From Lama guanicoe (Eukaryota), in contig MU053810.1 in the NCBI GenBank assembly GCA_013239625.1, positions 2,491,518 through 2,555,517 on the forward strand: a DNA stretch of 64,000 bases, written 5' to 3'. Below are positions 29,646-41,172 of the stretch, piece by piece. The notes below the pieces were generated by a model. It had not been told where the DNA came from. It did no database searches and worked only from the letters and a program-made list of their open reading frames with translations. The translations under genes and the position numbers were made by a program. Each line of letters starts with the position of its first letter. Within the stretch, counting starts at the first letter, position 1.

Positions 29646-30224
29646 TGAAGGGGGATTAATAAAATGGCTGCACTTTGGCTAACAGATTGCTCATTCTTAT
29701 GCTCACCTTTAAAACGGTCACCTGACCTGTCAGGTTGCTACTCTTGGTCCCAGGCCCATTGTTGAAACTAAAGCTATTGATCTTATTGTTTCTACTTTAT
29801 TCGAGTAATCAAAAGCTATAATCATGCTTGGTCTCTGAATCCTTCTCCAAAGAGAAGGTCACAGGACTGTAACCTTAGAAAATAGCCTGAATTACCAAGA
29901 AGACCCACCTTGAGTGCTTACAAGATAGATAACTAACTGCTGGCCTCTATAGAACTGGTCGCCTGGGGGCATCATGACGCCATTCTGTCTTCTGATGAGA
30001 AAATGATTCTGTTACTTGTTATCCATGCTTTATTGTTTGAGCTATGGCTCTATACCCACCCCACCCCATCCCCAAGGTGGGTTCACAGTTTTGAAGGCGC
30101 TAGCCTGCTCTGGGTCCCCTTTGCCCAGGAAAAGCAATAAAATTGCCTCTTTTCTTGTAAGCGCCAAAACCTTGTCTCTGAGTTATTTGGCTCGTCAGGG
30201 ATGGGGGCTGGTCTTTCAGCAACA
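29646..30224 (+). mobile_element. ERV solo LTR inserted into a MIR
   Basis: TG...CA ends, AATAAA near 30136, 4-bp flanks GGGA/GGTA. MIR sequence on both sides (about 29545-29645 and 30225-30290). Confidence 0.7.
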
Positions 30225-30591
30225 GGTAAAGTTACTGTTCTCATTTTACTGATGAAGAGGGAGGTTCAGACAGACTAACTTGAGATAGATGGCAGTGAAG
30301 GAATTCGCAGGTATTCAACTCTGTCTGTCCAGATGGTTAGCACTACAGGTACTGCCTCCTTTTGCCAACAAGAAAGTCATGTCAAGAAGAAAAACCATTT
30401 TCCATATTCTCTCTTCTTGTGACGGGGGGACAGGGGTGCTACTGTTTATACACAGGAGTTCACAGTAAAATGTGACAGAAGTAGCTGGTTAAGGTGGGCT
30501 GCGGAAGTGTGGGAGGGCCACTTCTGAGAAAATCAGTAACTCTTAGGAGGGGGACAGAAAAGGCATTTATGAAAACATAAATGACTTTTTT

Positions 30592-31340
30592 TAGTACATA
30601 TAGTCACTGCTTATTTTTTAAATTTATTTTAATTTACATTTTTATTAAGGTATAGTTGATGTATAGTATTATATGTTTCCAGTGATTCACAGTTTTTAAA
30701 GGTTATATTCCTTACAGCAACATGGATGGACCTAGAGATCGTCATTCTAAATGAAGTAAGCCAGAAAGGGAATGAAAAACACCATATGATAACACTCATT
30801 TGTGGAATCTAATAAAGGAAGGAAGGAAGAAAGGAAAGATAGAAAAAGAAAGAAAGAAAAAGAGACAGAGAAAGAAAGAAAGAAAATGATACTATGAACT
30901 CATCTACAAAACAGAATCAGACTCGCAGACATAGTAAACCATCTTATGGCTACCAGGGAAAGGGGGTGGGAAGGGATAAATTTGGGAGTTAGAGATTTAC
31001 AAATGTTAGCCACTATATATAAAAATAGATTTCTTAAAAAAATTCTTCTGTATAGCACAGGAAACTATGTTCAATATCTTGTAAAAACCTTTAATAAAAA
31101 AATGAAAATGAATGTATGTATGTATATGTGTGACTGGGACATTGTGCTGTATACCAGAAATTGACACATTGTAACTGATGGTACTTCAATTTTAAAAAGG
31201 TTATATTCCATTTATAGTTATTATAAGATATATGCTATATCTATATCTCTCTAGCTTATTTTATACATAGTAGTTTGTACTTCTTAATCCCCAACCCCTA
31301 TCTTGCCCCCCCCACTTCTCTTCTTCTCTCCTCTTCTAAA
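30592..31340 (-). mobile_element. L1 3' end fragment (older), split by a younger L1
   Basis: 'tttttattaaggtatagttgatgtatagtattatatgtttc...cagtgattcacag' ... 'atagtagtttgtacttcttaatcccc'. Confidence 0.75.
30712..31195 (+). mobile_element. Lineage-specific L1 3' fragment with internal (GAAA/GGAA)n
   Basis: ORF2 end 'gcaacatggatggacctagagatcgtcattctaaatgaagtaagccag'. Exact 14-bp TSD AAAGGTTATATTCC at 30698-30711 and 31196-31209. Confidence 0.92.
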
Positions 31341-31936
31341 TAACTTCTTAGAAGGAGGGCAGAAAAGGCATTTATGAAAACATAAATGATTTCTTGAAAG
31401 ATAAATGAGATCTTAAGAGAATAAATGGGAGAGATGATAGTTTGGTGATAATGCCAACTTCTGGACTCCTGTGTCCAAAAAAAAAGATCAGAGTTGCTTT
31501 AGGGGATTTATGACAATTGAGTTACTGTAGGAGACTCTTCTTTTAGGCAGATAAGGGATTTCAGGAACACACATGCCTTCAGCTCAAAATAATTCTTATG
31601 CCAAAGTGACATCGTTTGGGGGTGGCACTTCCTGATCCATGTCAGTTACAGTCTATTAGATCACAAACACAAAGGAAAACAGGACTGAAGAGGGCATGTT
31701 AAATGCCACAAAAGAATGATTAAAATGCAATGGAGCTTCAGAGAAGAGAGAGATCACTGCACTGATGAGATCAGGAACGACTGGAACAAAGTGCAGGCAA
31801 GTGAGATGCATCCTAGGATTTCAGCAGTCAGACAGAAGAGCATTCTAGTCAGCTAAAACAACTCTTTTTCTCGTGAGAACAGTGCTAGGAGAGTATAGAA
31901 TCCACCTAGAGCACACTGCATACTCTAGCCTGGCTG

Positions 31937-31974
31937 AAAATATAGAGTACTTCAAAAATTTGCATGTCACCCTT
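31937..31974 (-). pseudogene. U6 snRNA-derived fragment (3'-terminal ~38 nt)
   Basis: 'aaaatatagagtacttcaaaaatttgcatgtcaccctt' versus U6 reverse complement 'aaaatatggaacgcttcacgaatttgcgtgtcatcctt': 30/38 by eye, with most mismatches at CpG positions. Confidence 0.65.
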
Positions 31975-33850
31975 TCAAATGATCTCAACTTCCCTATTTG
32001 AAACTTTGCTATAGGTTAAGGCTGAGCAACCGACATATTATTAAATCAAGAACTAGTTTTTGACCTTTTGAAACAAAGGACAGGCTATATCCCCTAATAG
32101 CGAATGATTCCCTATTAAGTGGTAAAAAAAAATTCCATCCCCTCATAATTGACTGATCATCATAATTGATTGATCCAATTTTACTGGTTCAGTTGGGAGC
32201 AAAAGTCCTCACCTGGAAGGCCCTGACACCTGGGATGTTGGCATCACTTGTGAAACACATCACAAGGAGTTAGTCTCTAGCACTTTTACCAAAAAAAAAA
32301 AAAAAAATTTTTTTTAATGAGAGAGGGGAAAATTCTGGGAAGATGGTGGAGTAGGATGCACCAGAACTCTGTCTCCCCACCTAAGCAACAATTGTACTGC
32401 CAGAATCTGCCTGATGTAACTATTTTAGAACTCTGGAGTTTATTGAAGGCTTGGAAGTTCCAGGGGATGACTTGGATGTTAAACTTTGATTAATTTCAGT
32501 CAGTTTCAGCTCTTAGCACAGGGGCAACTATCTGTCCCCTACCCCCAGCCACATGGCAGGCAGCTGTGCACCTGTTCCTGCACACAGTTTGGTGTTGTCA
32601 GAGTGGGCAGAAAGGACTTTGTCCTCTAAATATCTGGCACCTGTGCTCTGAGCACCAATTGCTGCTTCTGATCACAGAGCTGCAAAGAGGCAGGCAGGCA
32701 CTGTTGTTATACCTCCCCCCATTGTTGCATATCCCTCCTTTGGCTGAAGAGACTTCCAGGGAAGGTAAAGGGCTGGTTCCCCTCCCTCACCCTTCATTTC
32801 TCTCTTTTTACCCTCTTAGGAGCCAGACATCAAAGATTAGGACATTCAAAAACAACTGCATAAATGGAAACAATTAGAAAATGATCATACGTACACAGGA
32901 AAAGGCTCAGAAAAGATCTGAGAAGGGCCTTAACTTTATACCTCAGGCTGATTCTCAGCACAGAGACAGCCTACAACAATCCAACAAACAAAAACAGTAA
33001 CAAAAAAAGTAAACCCAGGAAAAGAAGAAGAATCTTATCTCCAGAGTTACCACATTATTAGACTCAAATGTCCAAGTTTTCAACACAAAAATCACAAGGC
33101 ATACAAACTAACAGGAAACTACACTCCATTTAAAGGGAAAAATAAATCAACAGAAACTGTCCCCAAAAAAAGACCTGGTGGCAGTTATACTAGCCAAAGA
33201 CAAAAATAACCATATTAAAGATGCTCCAAGGACAAAAGGAAGATGCAGAGAAAGTCAAGAAAGTGATATATGAACAAAATGGAAATATCAATAAAGAGTT
33301 AGAAAAACAAAAAGAAACCAAAAAGGAATTCTGGAGTTGAAAAGTACAATCACTATGATGCAATTTCACTACAGGAATTGAAAAGCAGGTTTGAGCAGGC
33401 AGAAGAATCAGTGAACTGGGGTCTGGACAACGGAAATAATCAAGTCTGAGGAACAGAAATAAAAAAGATTGAAGAAAAGTGAACACAGCCTAAGGAACCT
33501 TTGGAACATAAATAAGCAAGCAGACCAGCATATGCAGTGTGGCAATCCTCAAAGGAGAGAAAGAATGGGGTGGAGAGAATACTTGGAGAAATAATGGCCA
33601 AAAAGTTCCAAATTTGATGAAAGATATGAATATAAACATCAAAGAAGCTCAACAAACTCCAAGTAAAATAAACTCAAAGAGATTCACAGCAACATGCACG
33701 ATAATCAAGTTTTCAAAAGACAAAGAAAGAATCTTGAAAGCAATGAGACAAATGACTCATCACACACATGGGATCCTTAATCAATTATCAGCAGATTTCT
33801 CTTCAGAAACTTTGGAGGCCAGAAGGCAATGGGCCCATATTTTGAAAGTG

Positions 33851-35718
33851 ATTAAACACATATTACACACACACACACACTTTTATCTGTGACTATGCTT
33901 CTAAAGATGTGTGTAACTGTCACATTAAAAAGGAATTCATATACAATACAAGAATACAAAATAAAAACACAATCCTACAACACACAGATCTAACAAAGTA
34001 TGCGTGGTCAAAGATTCCACAGAATATGTTTAAAGATGCATTTTCTTTCCTTTTATTTTCAGTACCTAAAATGTGCTTTTGAGAGGCTACTGGTTAATAT
34101 GTATAGAGTTAAAATAAACCAATATTACTGTGCTAAATAAGAACTCCTGCAGTAAGTTCAAATCAGATTTCACATGTTAGTAACTTAAATGCTTTGCTTT
34201 GATAAAGTTACAGAAAGTGCATCTTTCTCGTTTTCCATCCTTATACAATGTCGCCCATTTTGTGTGTGTGTTTATACCTTTTAAAAGATAAGAACAGCCA
34301 AATATTTAAGTATTATGTACATTTAAATTTTTGGTGGTGGTTTGTTATTTTAAAAGAAACAGCTTCCTTATGATTTACCTCAAGATCTGGTGGAAATGCT
34401 TACAGGAACTAGCTAATAACAAAAACCAAGAGAAGCACATTCAAAATACTGATTTACTTTGGTAGCAAATGGTTGTTCTTTGAAGGCTAATGAAGGTAGA
34501 CAAGACCTTTAAAGTGAAGTGGCCTATTTCAAATACTCAACAGTTTATATAAAACTTTAAAATGTTCTTTTTAAAGAGCTAAGCATCTATATCCACTGAC
34601 AGCAATGCAATACCTAGTTTATGATGACTTGAAACAAAACAAATGCCCATTAGGAAAAAAAAGCTGTATTTTATCTAATTTACTTTTCAGTCAATAATCC
34701 AGACTTTTTCCTCCCAATACAATAACTCCTTTCTCTATAAGGCTGTTCCTGGGAGCCAGACAGTTTAGGTTACTAAGGGAGTTAAGTTAGAGTAATTGCC
34801 TACAGTTTAAATAGACAATAACTATTTGCTTCTCTCTTAATGTGCTAATACTTGTGTCTAAAAAAATATGCAACTCTTAGAAAGGTACCACTTCTGATGT
34901 TTTTATTACCTGTAACCTTTGGAAACTAAGCACATGAAACTACAAAATTAGTAAACATCTTGAAATCTGTATATGAAACATAAATTACCTCTAATCTCAA
35001 ATTCTCATTTATTAGTGCACCACTCAATCTTAAAAAAAAAGAAAAGAAAAAAAAAGAGGAGGCTCCAAAGATAGTCTTATACCATTCTTTAAAAAAGGAA
35101 ACTGTTCCTTTTAACTTTACACCCACCCTACACTCTAATTTCAAAGCACATCATTTACTTGTCTTGGTCATGGACATATCCAAGGTGAGATTATATAATT
35201 CACTCCCAGAGCTTCTGGTTATCAGAAAACCCATACTTTCCTTTATTGAAGGAACTTGGTCCTGCTGATGTGGGTGTATCCCTTCCAATATTCTTCATCC
35301 TCATCTTTGCTTCTGGAGGCATTTCCTCTGGTTCACTATCTTCATCTTCATTAAAAGCTGCTGCTACTGAAAGGGTTTTTGTAGCAAGAGTTGGAACGGT
35401 TCCTTTAGGCTTACTTGAGCCAAGTTTGATGGAGACGGCTGAGGCTTTCTTTGTTGTCTGACTACCTACAGCAAATCCAAACTTGGAGATCTTTGTAAGC
35501 TTTGTTGGGAGGTCTGCAAGTTCTTCTTCAGCTGATCGCTTCTCAGCACTGCGACTGGAACTTTCCTCTCCATTACTGGAAGAAACAGTCTTAGTTTTCC
35601 CAGGTTTTTCTGCTTCTTCTTCAGGTCCTCTGGCGGCTCCCGCTCGCTGCGGTTTCTCAGGCTTCTGCTCTCCTGCCCTCCCGTCCACCATTTTCCCTGC
35701 CGCGACCTCCCCTGCAGC
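33851..35718 (-). pseudogene. PCNP: Processed pseudogene (retrocopy) of PEST proteolytic signal-containing nuclear protein
   Basis: Intronless ORF 35691-35200: [13 protein letters not shown]...KISKFGFA...[38 protein letters not shown]...[11 protein letters not shown] replaces the Arg that follows in the parent. The remnant C-terminus (SHLGYVHDQDK) is visible to about 35155. AT-rich 3' UTR runs to about 33851. Confidence 0.96.
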
Positions 35719-36727
35719 TAGAGTGTTATAAATTTAGAATGTTAAATGTAATCCCCATGGTAACCACAAAGAAAATAGCTATAGAATATACACAAAAGGA
35801 AATGAGAAAGGAATTGAAATATTTCACTACAAAATATCAACTAGATGCAAAAGAAGACAGTAAAGCAGGAAGTGAGGGACAGAAAAGCTCTAAGGTGTAC
35901 AGGGAAAAACTAGCAAAATGACAGGGGTAAGTCCCTTCTTGGCAGTAATTGCTTTAAGTGTAAATGGATTTTAAACTCTTCAATGAAAAGACAGAGATTG
36001 GCAGGGTAGATAAAAACACATGATCTGACTAAATATGCTGTCTACAAGAGACTCATTTTAGATCCAAAGACAAAAAAAATAGATTGAATGTAAAAGGCTG
36101 GAAAAAGACATTCCATGTAAGTAGTAACCAGAAGAGAGCAGGAGTGGCTCTCAGTTATTTCAGACAAAATAGACTTTACATCAGTAAAGTTTATAAGAAA
36201 CAAAGAAGGATACTATATATTAATAAAATTTTAATACAAGTTATAACAATTATAAACATTTATGCACCTAATGAGAGACTATCAAAATATAAGAAGCAAA
36301 AACTGACAGAATTGAAAACAGAAATAGACAATTATACAATAAGAGATGGGAACTTCAATACCCCACTCTCAGTAATGAGTAGAACAACCATAGAAATGAG
36401 AAACCAAAAACGTAACACAATAAACCAACTATATCCAATAGATATATACAGAACATGTGACTAAATGAGAGCATACGCATTCTTCTAAAGTGCACATAAG
36501 ACATTTTCCAGGATAGACCATACCTCAGGCCACAAATTAAGTCTCAATAGATTTTAAAAGATAGATATTATGCAAAATATCTTCTCTGACCACAGCAGGA
36601 TGAAGTTAGAAATCAATAACAGAAGCAAAACTGAAAAATTCATAAATTTCTGAAAATTAAAACACTTTTAAGCAACCATTGGATCAAAGAAAAAATCAGA
36701 AAGGAAATTAGAAAATACTTAGAAATG

Positions 36728-36855
36728 GTGGGGAGGGTGGTAGAGTGTGTGCCTAGTTTGCACAAGATACTAGGTTCAATCCCCAGTACCTCCAAAGTAA
36801 ATAAATAAACTCAATTACCTACCTCCCCACACACACACAAAAAAAATATTTTTTA
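36728..36855 (+). mobile_element. tRNA-Ala-derived SINE with part of the A box deleted
   Basis: 'gggagggtggtagag' lacks ATAGCTCAGT; B box present. Exact 16-bp TSD AAAATACTTAGAAATG at 36712-36727 and 36856-36871. Confidence 0.92.
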
Positions 36856-39245
36856 AAAATACTTAGAAATGCATGAAAATGTAAACAGCATACCAAAACT
36901 TATGGGACACAGTAAAAGCAGTGCTAAGGGGAATGTTTACAGCTATAAATGCTTACATTAAAAAGCAAGAAAGATCTCAAATCAACAGCCTAACTCTATG
37001 AATTAAGAAACCAGAAAAATAGGAACAAACGAAACCCAAAGCTAGCAGAAGGAAGGAAATAATAAAGGTTAAAGCACAGATAAATGAAACAGAAAACAGA
37101 AAAGCAATAGAGATAATCAATGAAACCAAAAGTTTGTTTTCGAAAGAATCAAAAAAAAATGGACAAACCTTTAGCTAGAAGGACAATGGAAAAAAGAGAA
37201 GCCTCAAACTACTAAAATCAGAAATAAAAATGGAGACGTTACTACAGATTCCACAGAAACAAAAAAGATTACAAGAGGATACTTTGAACGATTGTACACC
37301 CACAAATTGGATAACCTAGATGAAATGGACAAATTTATAGATACAGAACCTATCAAGACTAAATCCTGAAGAAATAGGAGATCTGAACAGAACTACAATA
37401 AGTAAGAAGATTGAAGAGTACAAATCTCCCCAAAATAAAGTCCCTGGACCTAGTGTTTCCAATGGTGACGTCTACCAAACATTCAAAGAAGAACAAATAA
37501 CAATCCTTCTCAAGCTTTTCCAAAAAATTAAAGAGGAGGGAACCCCTGTATGCGTGTGGCTTTAACCTCTTTGCAAAATGGGGGTTTTCCATTTCCAAAC
37601 GCATAGTAGTTATAAAGGAAGGTATGTAAGCTACTGAAAGCAAAAGACACTATGCAGTTTAAAAGATATTAGTACTAGTGATCATCTCTAAGCAACTTTT
37701 TGCAAACATGTGCCCGGCATCCTGAACTTCCAGGAACATTGGCGGTGGGAAGTGCTTTTTGAGTAGTTGATGCGTTGGGAGGATGTCTAATTTTCATCTC
37801 TACTACATAGATGTACATAACCTAAAATGCTAGCACAACAAGACCCCAACAAATGTTAGAGAAGCCAGCACCAGCTACATGAGCTTGGGCTTTTATGCCC
37901 AACACATGGGAGTAATTCATGCGAATAACCATGCAGCCACCCAACATGTATCTGGCCAGTAGACACTCCTGTCTTTAAGATTGTATTGACTGTACCTAGA
38001 AGATCTCTCCACCAATTTTCATTGTACCCTAACTTACAAGGAAAGTTCCTTAGTTAGATAAACTTATTTAATTAATGAATCACTCAGATGACCAGCCAAG
38101 AGGTAGAAATGACAGTGGCTCAAAAATGTGCCAGTTTGGGAGGTTTGGGTCTTTTTGATAGCATGAGAAGATATTTCTAGCGAAGGAAAAGTAGAGGTAA
38201 CTACTGTCATAAATCACACTGACTTTCCCAGGTTGTTTAAGGCAGGATGGAAAGTTCAGCCAGTCAAAGCACCAGTCTGGCTCTCTATTCCACACCTCAT
38301 AAAATGAGCCCACGGTACTTCTGCAAGAAAGCAACTTGGACCATGCAATGGCAGAGTCACTGGGGAAGAGAGAAAATGTGAAAAGCAAACCATAGGCTTT
38401 AAAAAAAAAATGCAAATCCAGCTTATGCTTGGACTCAACTATTTTAAAATATTACCTCTCAGCCCACTAGCCACTCCACTTGGAAGGAAACTCTTAATTT
38501 ATTTCTAAGGAGTGGCGGAATTCATTAGCATCACAGAATCCTCATCCAGCCTTACATTTTAAAAACTGCTTCTGGGAACTTGCCTAAAACAACTTTTTAG
38601 AGCCTGTACCTCAATAAAGGATCCTTTGCTGAAACTTGGATCAGATGTACATTTATTACCCTCATCTTTTAATCAATTAAAAATTTTATCATAAAAGCAC
38701 ATTTCTTATAAGAGAAAAAACATAAGACTTACTCCTATTGCTATGCTCACGGCAGTTTTTCTAAAGTGAAGGAAAACTGCACGTGTGTCCTGAGTGTAGA
38801 AAATGCCAGCATCATGGGGTAGCGATATGAAATTTTCTTACATTATCAGAATCAGACAGGGACTGATGGGACGGAGATAATAACTTCCCTTTGCAAGTGT
38901 CCAAATAGGGGTCGAGGTGGGAGTGTTTAAGAGACTGGGAAAAGGATGAGAAAGTCAAGGTTTTATTCCACTTTTAAAACTGAACATTTTCTAGGTAAAA
39001 GGAATCTTGCTTTTCTGGTCTCGGAATTGGGGTGATTACAAAAGTGCTTGAGGAGATGGCTTATTCCTAAATCCACTCTTCATGAAAAATACTTATTTTA
39101 AAGCTCCAAGCCTGGGTCCCCTCACCAACTTTCCATTCGTTCTTCTTGGCACATGGCTACTGTGGACCCAGCCAGCTCCCAAATCCAGTCATTGGGATAT
39201 ATGATGTCACAGTCTAGAAGGCTCATTTCTGTCCCTGCTCCCCCT

Positions 39246-39247
39246 AC

Positions 39248-39285
<38 letters not shown>

Positions 39286-39302
39286 CTCTCTCTCTCTCTC
39301 TG
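39246..39302. repeat. Compound microsatellite (CA)n(CT)n
   Basis: Directly visible. Confidence 0.95.
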
Positions 39303-39487
39303 TCTCATAAAGAAATGAAACTGCTCTTAAAATCATGTACTTAACCATGTTTGGTAAGGTAATATGGCTGCACTCCCCAGAGACAAAAGAAAAGGAAAAC
39401 CCATATAGCAGAGAGAAAAAAAACATGTTATCACAGAGGGATTCATTCTCCTTAATCAGAACTTTCTGCTCTCAGAAGTCAGGGGGA

Positions 39488-39612
39488 GTAACTTATGGTG
39501 AAAAAGGAATATGAAAATGAATAAATGTATGTTCGTGTATGACTGAAGCATTGTGCTGTACACCAGAAATTGACACAACACTGTAAATTGACTATACTTC
39601 AATTAAAAAAAA
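39488..39612 (+). mobile_element. Short L1 3' end fragment
   Basis: 'ttgtgctgtacaccagaaattgacacaacactgtaaattgactatacttcaattaaaaaa' matches 31140-31195. Confidence 0.85.
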
Positions 39613-39624
39613 TTTTTTTAATCC

Positions 39625-39759
39625 GGGGCAGGGTATATAGCTCAGTGGCAGAGCATGTGCCTAGCATGCACCAGCTCCTGGTTTCAATCCCCAGTACCTC
39701 CATTAAAAAATAAATAAGTAAATAACCCTAATTATCTCCCCTCTACAGACACATACACA

Positions 39760-39795
<36 letters not shown>
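39625..39795 (+). mobile_element. tRNA-Ala-derived SINE with a (CA)n-expanded tail
   Basis: A/B boxes and tail unit, then (CA)n at about 39750-39795. Confidence 0.88.
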
Positions 39796-39798
<3 letters not shown>

Positions 39799-40164
39799 CT
39801 CAGTACGTTGGCCACTCATCAAATGAAAACAATCAAAAAAGCAAAACAAAACAAAACCTCTTGACTACAGCTTGAAACCCTTTTAAAAGAGCTCTTTTTG
39901 ATGCATTAGATCTTCCATCCACCTAAAACAGCATTTTGACACGTGAGACTTAGAGTGACTTTGTCCCTCACCTGGGGACACTCTGTCAGTGAATGGGTTT
40001 AGTAACGGGGTTGAAGGCTGGATGTCAGGGAAGGGAAGGTTGCGGCACACAGGATGCCTGCAGTCTGGTGTGGAAGGCGTGAGATGTGAAATTAATGAGC
40101 TCAGCCAGACAATATGTAATAAGGTGTGGAAGGGTGCAACCACCACCGGCATCATGAATTCCAC

Positions 40165-40530
40165 GGGTGTGTTGCAGATCAGGCTGTTCACAAAGCAGAA
40201 TCTGAGGTAGAGATTAGGGTGCAGGAAGATCTTAGGGAATGCTCCTGGGGACCCCAGCTACTGGGGGAAGGAAGGACTCTGCCTGGGCAGACAGAGAAGC
40301 TGGGCTGTGGGAAGCTCTGACACTGAGATGTCCCTTTGGAATGGTCCGTGCCGGGCCTTCAGCCAGCCCCACACAGGCCACCAGTCACTGCGGTGGGAAG
40401 CCAGGTGGGGTGGCCTTTCTCAGGGTGTGCTGACAGCCAGGGGCTCCCCACCTGGCCTGCAGTACTCCCAGCAGCTGGGGAGTGGGTTCTTCAACCTTCA
40501 AGGGGCCATCTGGGCAGCACAGCATCCATG
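40165..40530 (-). mobile_element. ERVL-class LTR (LTR33-like)
   Basis: 'aagcagaatctgaggtagagattagggtgcaggaagatcttagggaatgctc' is the reverse of the LTR33-type 3' motif. Confidence 0.55.
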
Positions 40531-41078
40531 GGAGGGTGGCTCCAGGTCCCAATTCCACCTGCTCTGAGAAAGGTTGCCCCTCAAAATGGGAGGTCCCGGT
40601 GGCCCCAGCCTCCTCACCCACCTCCACCTGGCTGAAGGACCTAAATCACCGGACTCAAGCTTATACAGGCCGGTTTTCCCTGGGACTTGAAACTTGGCAG
40701 CAATGCCCAAGGAGCAGTTACGGAAGCCCAGGCTGTGCCCTACATAGTCAAAACGTCTCTGCTGCTGAGACCCCAGGACAGTCTCTCCTCCTGCTGCCCA
40801 GAAGCCGGGGTTCCAGCTCTCCTTTGGTTCTCTGTGGTACCTCAGGGCCTCTCAAGATAAAAAGAAAAGAAAAGAAAAAAGAAAAATTACCCTGATTAAT
40901 AAATAAGGATTATAAAGAGAGCTGAAAGGATCTATTACTGTGTGATTTTTGTCTGTATAATGCCTACACTCTCAGCCCCATGAAGGCAGGGAACAAACCT
41001 GCCTTACTTACTGTGGGATTCCCATTTCCAGCATGGTGATTGGCCTAGCATGAACATCTAACAAACACTTGTTCAGTG

Positions 41079-41172
41079 AGGGAGGGAAGGAAGGAAGGGA
41101 GGGAGGGAGGAAGGAAGGAAGGAAGGGAGGAAGGAAGGAAGGAAGGAAGGAAGGAAGGAAGGAAGGAAGGAA
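41079..41172. repeat. (GGAA/GGGA)n polypurine microsatellite
   Basis: Directly visible. Confidence 0.95.

Larger units (their letters stand above)
30420..31644 (-). mobile_element. MER34/MER39-like LTR hosting two nested L1 fragments
   Basis: 'ccttcagctcaaaataattcttatgccaaagtgacatcgtttgggggtggcacttcctgatcc' is the reverse of the MER34/39-type 5' end. Left boundary approximate. Confidence 0.6.
32323..37545 (+). mobile_element. Old L1 with 5' UTR, partial ORF1 and 5' half of ORF2; interrupted by a PCNP retrocopy and a SINE
   Basis: 5' start 'ttctgggaagatggtggagtagg'. ORF1 fragment 'PNLMKDMNINIKEAQQTPSKINSKR...LSADFSSETLEARRQW'. ORF2 endonuclease fragment 'ITIINIYAPN...GNFNTPLSVMSR'. Confidence 0.9.

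Noticed and set aside
32291..32315. A-run/T-run inverted repeats (also at about 12509-12529) and short tandem duplications (about 3414, 10962, 11919, 25720, 32143)
   Set aside because: Ordinary slippage products with no higher-order spacing or shared unit.
40126..40895. Stack of overlapping 60-137 aa ORFs
   Set aside because: GC-rich LTR-derived sequence with few stop codons and no recognisable protein similarity.
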